NCBI GenBank assembly: GCA_963924565.1
Contig: OZ004610.1
Coordinates: 6,634,001 to 6,698,000 of the forward strand
Reading direction: 5' to 3'
Length of the DNA: 64,000 bases
DNA from: Ascidiella aspersa
Lineage: Eukaryota
This document shows positions 13,102 through 25,100 of the stretch, piece by piece (the first letter of the stretch is position 1; each line of letters opens with the position of its first letter). The notes under the pieces are model-generated. The model did no database searches. It was not told the origin of the DNA and saw only the letters and a list, made by a program, of their open reading frames with translations. Position numbers and translations under genes: made by a program.

Positions 13102-16100
13102 ATGGAGCAGGTAAACATATATAACTTTTGTTGAAGATATATTATATAGATTAGTTAACAACCAACATACCATGCAGATATGTTTGTGGTAAGTATGCGA
13201 CTTCAAGCCAAGTATTTAATTACCTATCAAACAAAAGATACAGAAATGTGTGGTAATAGATATCACTTATTTTGTTACCTATTGACAATATTTTATGTGA
13301 CGACCAGATTAAAGTAAGTAAGTAAGTAATGTTTATTTTTCCGTTAGCGCTTAAATTAAAATACTCAAGAAAGCTATAACAAAAAACAAATTCACGCGCG
13401 ATACGGCCGGAGCAGCGAAGGGTCTAAAACTTTATTTATTTTACACAAGATGTTTATGCAGCCTAAAGTATGTGGGTCTCATCAAGTTTATGCTAAAGTT
13501 TGCCCAGCTAAAAAGCATTTAATTAAGTACAACTTGTGCCAGTAAATAAATTACTGCTAAAAGCCATCTGTACGACAGAACTTTGTTTGATCGACTAAAG
13601 GCTTTTAACGGTGTCTGCAGCTGAGAGTGCAACTGCAGGCCAAACTTTCCATCTTATTTAAAAATGTAAAAAAATTGTAATATACGAGTAGAGCTGCCAG
13701 TTTAATGAATATGTTGGCACTTAATATATGGTGCAATGGGAGCAGTTTGTAAATAGTATTTTTGTTTTTATTTATATTTAACTCAAATTGCTGTAAAGAT
13801 AAAATAAATTGTTTTGATATTACAATAGAATATTTAATAATAGTTCTTTGTAAAATGTGTCCTTGAAAATTGGCGCTGAAGCATGGCATTCTGTCCATTA
13901 TAAAATAACATTTTTTTCTGATATTCTTTTTTCTGGTGTAGAAAAACATCTGGTATTTTTCAGGAAATTTTGAAGCTGGAGCAGGTTTGTGTTGCAATGT
14001 ACGAAACGACCGATGCAAACATTCGACAACAAGCTGAGAAAGTTCTTGTTGATTTTGTAAACGACCCGCATGTTCTTGACAAGTGCCAGCTGCTTTTACA
14101 TAGAGCTGCTGTAAGTTCTTAAATTTGCCAGTCAGCAATTATAAGTTATACATTTTCTCTATTTTTTATTAAAGTGACTATTTAATTTTGTTTATTGTAG
14201 ACTCAAAGCATCAGTCAAAATACTTAACATGACAATTAATTTTACTCGTTGCCAACCTTAAATGAATTTTCATTAAATATTTTCAATACTGTTAATTTAG
14301 AGCGAGCTAAATTTGTTTCTTGAGATAAATAACAATAGCTGGAGAAGCCACCGCACCGCATATAAATTTATATGGCGAAATGCATATTTCTATTAAAAGT
14401 TTTAGACTTTGCTGACTGATTGTTGTTCGAAGCGTTGCGTCAAGCTTTTATTAAATTTCTGAACATTTATCGTCGGCATTATGTATTTTGTTAAAGGGCA
14501 AGAATCTGTTGTTGAAACACGTACTTAGCTTGAGATAAATAATGATAAATAAAATCCCTTTTTTAATGTTTGTATGTAAGTTTTCTAATTTTAATCTACC
14601 TGCAAAGTTTGGCATTTCTCTTAAAAGTGTTTCGTTAAAACCCTATCACGCTACAGCAGTAGAAACTATTATTGCTGTTGGGTAATTAGATTTAATGTGA
14701 CAATAAATACTTTACTAGTTTGCAACCTTAATTGAATTTTTATTGATTATTTTCAATAAGGAAAATTTCGAGCTAAAAATAAATCTCTTTTTTTAAATAT
14801 TTGTATGTATAGGCCATTGTGATGTTTTGTATAAGTTTTCTAATTTTAATCTACCTGCAAAGTTTGTCATTACTCTGAAAGTGTTTTGTTTAAATCCTGT
14901 CATGCCACAGTATAAATAAAAAACATTTGTGCTTTTGTGACATTTCTGTGTTTGTTTTGCTTACCAGTCGCCCTACACAATTCTGATTGCTGCCTCAACC
15001 CTAACAAAGCGAGTCACAAAGCAAGGTTCACCCCTTCCATTGCCACAGCGGCTCGACATAAGTGGGTTTTTTTAAAGATTTTATATAAAAAGTTCTGCTT
15101 CGTGAAAATTCATAGGAATTCAATTTAGTTCCCACAGTGTATACGAGTTAAAACAGTTTTATTTTTATTAAATTATAATTTTGTGCATATATGTATTCCC
15201 TAAACTTATTTTATATAGCATCACAACAAAGTGCTAATTAAGCTTACTTATTATTCTAAATTTGAGCCCACAGTCAAGTAAAACTGTTTCATACATGTCT
15301 TAATTTGACCTGGGGTATTTTTCTATATGTAAACTTAATTATAAATAGAAAAAAAATAAATTAATTATTTAGGTTTGCATGATATCACTTAGTTTTTTGA
15401 CAGGAAACACCAACTCATAAATTTGTTGATTGGGCAACACCAAAACTGAAGCGTTAACCTATTTCTATTTCATATTACATTCATAAGGAAATTACATCTT
15501 GAACTACTTGTACACTGTGACAAAGCAAGTGTCGTTTGTTGAGGAATCCCTTTCACTTCTTTACGCTCGCATCACAAAGATCGCGTGGTTCGATACATTC
15601 AAGGAGGAACTCTGCTTCCGAAGTGTAATAACAGATGTTGGCAAGTTTTTACAGGTATGCTCTGTAATGTTTAAAACACAACTTTATAACTGCTATTATC
15701 ATTGTGTGACTGAAGTCTATTAAGAACTGTAGAAGTCTAAAGGCATATTTGTAAAAAACAACAACAAGATGTTGTTTGTGTTGAAATGCCTTTTCCCTAA
15801 AACTTTTTTTAATACTTTAAATTAAATGAAATATTAATCGACTTTTAATGCAATGTATTTACAGTAATTAAGCATGCAAGTGCCAACATATAAATAAAAA
15901 GTATTTTCCAGTTATTTAAATAGCTTAGTAATTGGAAACTTACAGTGGATGCATTGCAATCTAGGCATAAACGTTATAACTTGTACATAAAACTTTTTAA
16001 TAATGTCAATATTTGTGAAACTCTTGATGTGCAGGGAAACACCTCTCAGTGCATAGTTGGTGTGCAACTTCTCACTGAGCTAGTGGCCGACATAAATCGT

Positions 16101-19100
16101 TCTGACAACATCAAACCGCTGACGAGGCATCGCAAAATTGCCGCATCATTCAGGGACTCGACTCTTTTTGAAATATTTCAGCTTGCATGTAACATGCTGA
16201 GTCAAACTATAGTTTCTGGAAAGCAAATTCAAGATAACGAGAGGGTATGAAATTTGAAAACTGGGAAATACAAAGATATATTACTTTACATTTACAATTA
16301 AATAGTATATTTATTTATTTATTTATCGTCAAAAATATTTTCTGTATTATTTAACCACTGTTTTTAATGCACTGTTCAAACTTTTTGTTTGTATATACTT
16401 ATATTCACCTAATATAACTTTATTTTGAAACTCAATTCAAATATTAGATTCTACAGTATTTCTCTATTTTTCTAATTAAAACTTGCAATACCTTATTTTA
16501 ACAATTCTAGAAGAAAACATTTTTAGTTTTATACATGAAACCAAACTAATTATTTATGTTTTTTATGTGAATATTTTGTTGATATTGATTATGATATTTT
16601 TCAACATGTTTTCAGTGTGCCCTTCTGTCGTCTGTTCTTAATCTCACCCTGAACTGTTTGTCGTTTGACTTCATCGGAACTTCGTATGACGACTCCGGCG
16701 ACGATCTCACAACAGTGCAGATCCCCACCGGGTGGCGTTCCACGTTCGTCAACCTCAGCACTTCACAACTTTTCTTAAACTTATACAATGTGTGAGTAGG
16801 ATGTTATATTTCTCGATATCCTCACCTTATAGAATAGCTTAGTCTTACAACTTGGGATGTTATTTAGGCACACTATGCATGGAGCTTGATAACGAACTAA
16901 AAGTTAAAAATGTCGAGTAGATTGTTAAAATACTGTTTTCCAAAATCTTTCTCACAAAGTTTTTTAAAAGTAGATAAAGCTAAGTTAGGTAGTGAACCAT
17001 GACTATTGTGCATTATTTCACTTGGTATTGGTTCGGCACCACCCTAGTGTCACACAAGTACCTACTCCTACTTGATATCCGGGTATTGGCCCCAATTTGA
17101 TATTATCGGACATTTATGCTTACAACAAAAAATGATGTTTAAGCAAATTTTAAAAATCATACAGAGTGTAGTGTACCAATTTTTTCAAAACTAGTTGCCA
17201 GATAAAAAGTTTTCATGGCCAGTCTTCTTTTTTCACTATTTTAGAGTATACCATTTTTTTCCAAAAATTGATGCTAGATAACAAAATATTTTTTTTCTGT
17301 TCTTCCTATTTTACTGTGTTAGAGTGTACCAATTTTTCAAAAGTACGTTGCAAGATAAAAAAATATTTTTTGCCAGTCTTCCCATTTTACTTTGTCAGAG
17401 TATAGCATTTTTTTCTCCAAAATATATTGCTGGATAAAACACTTTTTTTGCCAGTCTTCCTATTTCACTACGGCAGAGTATACCATTTTTTTAAAAATTT
17501 GTTGCTAGATAACAAAATATTTTTTCCTCATTTTACTGTGAGAGTGTACCAATTTTTCAAAAAAATTAGATAAAAACACTTTTTTTTCAGTCTTCCAATT
17601 TCACTGTGCCCCACCGTAATGTCGTGCCTTGTACAAATCGTGTCCGTGCGAAGATCGCTTTTCAACAACACAGAAAGGACAAAGTTCCTCGCCGACATCT
17701 TGAAAGGAATCAAGGGCATCCTCGAAAATTCACAGGTGAGGCAATTGTGATTCTCTGTTTCTAGTAGTGACAAGCGTGTAAAACTGCGCACCACGTTAAC
17801 AGCAAAAACAGACAAAAAAGACAAAATTTTCTTCCGGTCAAATTGCACATTTTACCATTTTTGACCTTGTAGGTATAGATCAGTGTTTCTTAACCTTTTT
17901 TACTTGGGGGCGCACCTAGAGACATATGAAAACGTGGCGGCGCACCTTACGAGCGAAGCGAGCGCGAAATTTTTGTTTATATTTGTCTTAAATGGCCTGC
18001 ATTTTTTATTATATGGGTTTTATAGTTGCATATCTTTACAGGGACTTCCAGCCTTTGAGACTAAAACCGTTATTTTGTCCATTAAAGTCTTATTCCGATT
18101 AGTTTTGGACTTATTTTGACATGGTTTTCCTTTTTCTCGCGGCGCACCTAGCAGCCTCCCCTTAGCAGCCGGTTGAGAAACGCTGGTATAGATATACAAC
18201 ACAGTTAAGAGTTTTGCCATTGCCATGTCTTTATCTTAGTTGTTGTATTGCGCAGTAGAAGGAAATGATTCTTATGAAATAGCGCTATTGCCAGAGAAAG
18301 TACGACTTAACTCAAAATTTGTGCAGCCCCGAGGCCAAGCTTGGTGGTATTCTATGTTGACGTCAACTTGAAATTGCGGTTTTGTATCAATCTACACATT
18401 CTAATTAAAATATTATGCAAAGTTTATTTTTTTTTTGTTTCAATTTTGTAGGACGCAACAACCTGGTTTACAAGGCCGCGCTAACATATTGGAGCAGAAG
18501 TTGTAGTAATGCACGTAGTAGAAGTTAAATTGTCTCAGCATATATAATATACACACCTCTATTTGTTTTCACCATTTAAAAGTTACTTAAAAAATGTATA
18601 ATTGTACTACGAGCGTGCGGTGTCATTTACCCTGAAGAAGGCGATTTGCATAGGTTGCCGAAACGTTGGTTAACAATTTACAATTATCAGAGGAGCTGTT
18701 TTTGGTTGATATTACTTTGTCTGGTGACGACAGTTTATATATGATATTGTGGTAGAACAGTTGGGGAATAAATCCGGTGCGTTTCATTTAGTTATTAGCC
18801 CCACGAAAAAAAACAAACATTTTTTTAGTAGAAACGCGATTTGACTGAAATACCCTCCTTTCCTTCCCAAACGTGAAAAATATTGGCTTACCACCTTCTT
18901 AGAAAATACAAACCCCGGTTGACATATATTTGAACTTTCTAACTTTAAATTGTTATTATGGCCCTGCAGTAAATCAACTGTGTCATGCTTTTTGCTATGG
19001 TTTCATTAAAATACTAATTTGCCTGTTTACACGCTTGACGCTTCCGGCAAACTATCAGAGCCGATAAATCTCTTGCGTTTTGTTAATGATGTGTATCGCG

Positions 19101-22100
19101 AACTCATTGACTCTGTATGTCACTATTGTTCGTTTTTAAACTGCGCCGAACACATGATTTCGGTTTGTTTACATGATATGAACAAATCATCATTTAACAG
19201 ACTCCCTAATATTTAATCAAAACCCTTTTTAATATCGAGACTGATTTAAGATTGAAAAACTTACCAACTAATAACTCGAACTAAATTCGCACGGTTTAAC
19301 ATTTCATCGAAATTTAGTTTGGAATTACAAATTTAGTAGTTTGGAATTGCAAATTGAGTAGTTTGGAATTTGCCAATTTAGTAGTTTGGTATTGCAAATT
19401 GAGTAGTTTGGAATTTGCCAATTTACGGTTCTAAAGGCCTGCCTATACCCCTTAATAAAACCCTTTATTGCACAGGAACTAACACACGATACGACTTTCC
19501 ATGGAAACTTGGGAAAACGTTTTTTTACTAATCGTTAAAATAAACATCTTGTGGTAAAGGAATATTCCTTCTGATGAAGCACTGGGTCAAAAAAAGTAAA
19601 AAAAAAAAATTTTTAGCAGCGAGTGTACAAATTTGAGTCAAAATATGAGAAGGTCAACTTTATGGATTGAGTGATTTTACATGAAATCACTCGCTCGGCT
19701 AATTTATGCCGCGTAAACACTTTTTTTTGTTTCGAGTGGCTTCGTCGGTTTTCCAGCTGTTAAACATTAAGCACAATATATTTCGTCCAAACTCGGGCGC
19801 GTTTTTTCACCAAGCTGAGGTCTTTTGCTATTTTCACTTCACATACGTTATAGTTACCTTTAGGTGTTTTAAAGTATCTTTGCCCTCATCAGCTTATTTT
19901 GGCTCAAATTTTCACGTCTTTCAATTTTACGCCGTATTCAACTTCTATTTGTAAAATACTCATAGTATTTATTTGCCGAATTGGGCCCTTGAACCTGAAC
20001 TTGTTCTGATCGCGTAAATACAACATAGAGTGAGATATTGTTTCCCGGCAAACTTTCTTGTATCTAATCACTCAAACTAAATCTTTAATAGCGCCTTGTT
20101 TGTTCCCCCAAGGGAAACACGAATTTCAGTTTTAGAAATGACGTCATAAATTGACGTCACGTTACAACTGGATGTCAAATCTGCAGTTACTGGTCAAAAC
20201 ATTGTGAAAGTGAAAGAAAACGTTTTTTTTAAATTAAACTTTTTTCATTAAAAAATTGAATACTTTCCACAAATATCATACTAGGTCTTCGTGGCCCCCT
20301 AAAACTAGTTCACGTACACCCCAGGGGTCCATGGACGCCGGTTTAAGAACCCTACCCTAAACCCTTTATTGCAACTCAGAAACTGACGGACGAAACGACC
20401 TTCCACGAGTTTTGCCGCATGCTGGCGCGCCTCAAGGCCAACTACCAGCTGGGCGAGCTGGTCAAGGTGCCCTGCTACGCCGACACCCTTCAGCTAATCG
20501 CCGACTTCACAGTCACCTCGCTGCGAATGTGGCGCTTCTCGCCCAATTCAATTCACTACTTGCTCAGCCTCTGGCAGGTCAGTCGTTTTTTTGTGTGCGT
20601 TGTACGGGCTACGGGGTCTTATTCGCCTTGGCCTGTCTGGTGCCCAAGCTGTTTTTTATAGCTTGAGACTTGGTTATCGATCCTGTGTGTTGGATATGTT
20701 ATAATTCTGAAAAATAGAAAATGCTGTGGTACACTATGCACGAATCTGTTAAGTAGCTTGATGATGAATCTCAAAGCGAAAAGGTCGAGTAGATCGACAT
20801 CACCTTAATAAAGACGTTTCGATACGAGCTTGTATCATCTTCAGTTAAAAACTTTCATTACCTGACGATGATAAAGGCGTGTCCCAAAATGTGTCGATTC
20901 GCTCACCTTTTTTGAATTCATTTTAAATTATGTTTTTGTAACACTTATATCACAACGCATTTCGGCCAATGACTTCATCCCGTCAAATGGCGATATATTT
21001 TTTTAATATTTACGATTTTTTTTTAATTTGGCCGTTTTGTTTTTTAAGAAAACGCCTCCTATTGTTTTGGGGGGCGTTTTTTTGCAAGTTGTAGGCCATG
21101 TCTACAGAAATGGAAGCTGACAGTGGTTTTATGACAAAATAGATTGACAAGCAGATCTATTCAAAGTAGGAGACAGTTAGTCTTCTCTAATCCTACGGGA
21201 CTTTGGTGCTTTAGGGATGTGGTTAGTTATATTTTACTTGGACAGCATCGTGCAATTACCTGCAGAGTACAGTTGCGCGTCTTGTCCTCATTAACTGTGG
21301 ACTTATTTTGTCAAAAAAGCCAGTTGAACGATTTTTTACCACACTGCATAATGACCTCTCTCCAAACAAGAAAGTTTTCTTTTGGCTTTAAAATGCCGTT
21401 GGTCGTAATACTATGGTCTGCTTTAGGTTGTTGTTGTTGCAGTTTAGGTATTTGTGTGTGCCCATACTAGAGCCCCAGAAGATTGTATCGCAGCTCCAAA
21501 GACTAATTTCGATTTGTTGCACGTCGACAGCGAATGGCGGCCAGCGTTCCTTACGTCAAGGCGCCCGAACCTCACCGCCTGGAGAACTACATGCCGCAAG
21601 TGTTCAAGGCCTACACCGAGTCAAGGCTCGAGTCGGTTGCCGTGATTTTGCGCGACGGCCTCGAATCTCCCCTCGACGACATGTCGTTCATCAAGCAGCA
21701 GCTCGAGCAGATTTCAACCATAGCGCGTTGCGAGTACAACGCCACTTGTACAGTAAGTGTATAGTGCAGGGGTCAGCAAACCGGGTTAGTTAATCCGGCC
21801 CGCGCTGCATATTTCCTTGATGAAGATAAAGTTTTTAATTGCATATAGTTAAAATGCAAGTTGAATTAAAAAAAGGTATTGCGATACCGAGTGCACTAAC
21901 TAATACAGTTCTTAAGTTTAATGGTGAAAATAACGGCCCAAATAGACGTTAAAAGCGACATGCTTTATTTTCAAACGTTTCGGCAATTAGAATTTCGTTT
22001 TCGGCAAATAAAGCATGTCGCTTTTAACGTCTATTTGGGCCGTTATTTTCACCATTAAACTTATGAACAGATCCGTATATAGTGTTCCATAATACAGTTC

Positions 22101-25100
22101 TATTCTACTATGAAACCATACACATACCATTGATGGAAACATCATTTAATGTAAGACTTTCTATATTGAACTAATAAGGTTCTCTTGACTAAACATGTTG
22201 TCACGGCGGCTATCTCAAAATACGCGAAACAAGCATTTAGGGTTTTAACCGGGAAACCACACCTTGATTATTAAGCCATGCGTTCTATCGATCGTTGTTT
22301 CCATTATTTTTTGAAAAAGGATGACAAAGCTATTAAGAAAATTACAAATATTGTTGACAACGCTGATCATTTTTACGAACGGGGGTGTAAACTAGTATTT
22401 TGTTTTAAACCTTTTCCGCTTATTTACACACAAGGGATTTAAGCTAGGCTTGGTAAATGCCGAGTTAAACGTGTTTAAAGATAAAAGTTGAATCTATAAA
22501 GAAATGTTGGAATGTTGTCAGATGCAGATCAAAACTAACTTTTTTGAAATTTCTAACTGTACGACAATTTACCAAGGTTCTACGGCTTTAACTACTTATT
22601 TACTTATATTCCTTTGTATAACGATAATCGATTCAATAAGTTTGACATAAAATGTAATCTCTTAACCTAAGTTTTCTCTCCGGCCCGGGATGGTTTAAGC
22701 TTAGTTATCCGGCCCCGTTTGAAATAAAAATCGGTGACCGCTGGTATTTGTATTCTCGAATGCTATTATTTTGCAGAAAATTTTTTACACGAGGATTTAC
22801 GGTCGCTAAGAAAAGACTGTAATAAAGACTTTTTGAGAAGGGCCATCATTTTTAATGGTATTCATGTAATTTGAAAAAGGAATGTATCTACTCTCGATGT
22901 TATGACGCATTTAAAGACGCAATATATTCGTGAAAAGCTTGGTATAATATGTTATATTTGGACTGGTATAAGTAGTTTGATTGTTGATAACGTGAACGCA
23001 TGTAACATGCCTTTATTGAGAAAACTCATTTAAAACACCGTCCAACAACGCCAAAAAAAAAACTGCGCAATTACCGTACCATAGTTGTTTGCTATCTACG
23101 TTGCCTAAAAAGCCCGATAGCTTATCATTCGACCTGCATTTTTTCTCTTTAGCTGCTTGTTCAAACGTTCGACGAAACCGCCGCCCAACTCGAGGAATTA
23201 CTGCGAAGCAACGTGGACGGCCAGAGACTTCTAGTTCCGCTTGGTAGGCTTATCATATTTTTACGGACCATAGGCCTATTTTACCCGTTTTAAATATTCG
23301 ATTTGCAATCATTTCAGAATGCAAAAATAAATCAATTGCCTGCCGTTAACGACTTAATATAGAATAATGGCGAATTATTAATAATTTTGCTTTGAATCAT
23401 TGTGAAAGGCATTGTCACTTTCCTATAAATTGTTAGCCTTTGGTAACTATTAAATGAAAAACCCTGCATGTGGTTTCTTAACCTTTTTTACCATGTGTCC
23501 TAATAACATATCGACCCCCACCTTGAGCTCCTACAAGAAGTGCTATTTTTGTTTATTAATTTTAACTTTATTTACATTTTTATATCGTTGTGAAGTTTCA
23601 TTTTGGGTAGCTTTTGGTCAAATTACCACTATTAGTCGATTAGATTGTTAGAATATTGATTCAGTGTGTAAATAAATCTACGGACTCTTTAAAAACAGGT
23701 AGCATTTTCCATAAAGTGAATTTATTTATAAATTCTTCTTAAAAAAAATAATCCCAATCTAATTTAAAAAAATTCAATTCTCTCGTTTTAATTCCGAACT
23801 GCTGAAAAAGGTTATTTTTTTGAGCCCATGAAAAACAAGTAGCATTTTCCATAAAGTAAATCTATATGCAGAAATTTTTCCTAAAAAAATCATCCTCATC
23901 TTATTTGCAAAATGAAATGCTCTCGTTTTAATTCTAGTCAAATTTGGAAGAACGGAAATGTTCTTATTTTAATTGTAATCTAATTAAAAAAATCCAATGC
24001 TCTAATAAGGTTTAATCTTACTGAAATATAAACAGAAAAGCTATAATAATAAGGCTAATTTAATTTTAAAAAGCTAAAACAAATCAAATGTCCAATTGCT
24101 GTATGCGTTGCAGGCAAACTTACTTGGATCATCCACTTGGTGGGGTCAGTGATCGGAGGTCGTGTGTCGTTTGCCGCCACCGACGAACATGACGCAATGG
24201 ACGGGGAGCTGGTAATCAGGGTGCTGCAACTTATGACCGTCACCGACAGGTTGGGCGTCTGTAACCTAAACAAACGGAGTATAATAGTCATTTTCCCTTA
24301 CCCCTTCTCGCCAAACATAGCGCGGGTAAAAAATCATGGGTTCAAATCTAAGTCCAAATTAACGTTAAGTTATATTTACTCGATTGAAATACAGTTTCAG
24401 ACTTGTGGTAAAAGAATATATATTTCGCCTTAAAAAGCCATTTTCAGTCCTTGTACAGTGAAATATATACAAAGCAAAGTTAATATAAACAAAGAAAAAA
24501 TTCAGCATTTTATTTTGCATTTAAAGTATACTTGGCTTTCTCATTTGTAAAATCTATTTGCAGTCTAAAAATAAAGTAGCGCTGCCAATCGATAAATTGA
24601 AATATAATGTTCGCAAGCATTCGCACAATCGTGCTTTATCAGAACATAGTTGTTGCGGATACAAATATGTTTGTAGTTCGTGGCCGACCATTTTCTAATA
24701 CTAAATCATAATTTATTAAAAATGCATCATATTTACTGCCAGTATAGCAACAGGCTAAACCAGTGGTTCCTAATCGCCCCCCAAGGGGGTCGCAAGGTGT
24801 TGTCTGGAGGGTCGCCGTGTGCTATTTCATAAAGAAAAACGGCGCTGGTCTAGAATCCTACCACAACGAACATTATTTGGGTTAGGGTGCCGGTTAGCGT
24901 TTGGGTTTGCGTAGTTTAAGCAATATAATTAATATTAAATATAAGCATACTTCACCCACGCTTACCCAACCACTTACCGGCACCCTAACCAAAACATTAT
25001 GCGTTTCTTTAAAAATTGTTATCATGCTGCGGTAGAATTCCAGACCAGCGTCAGAAAAACTTTTGTGCATTCTTAAATTGGTACTTTTTAGCCAAATTTT

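Noticed and set aside
13605-14138. 177-aa minus-strand ORF and other short ORF-track entries in introns
   Set aside because: Antisense to real exons or made of AT-rich/MITE sequence, with no recognisable domains.
14570-14910. Local direct duplications (14570/14826; 23699/23839; 10350-10398)
   Set aside because: Ordinary intronic tandem duplications with no splice-site or coding content; no CRISPR-like repeat-spacer structure.
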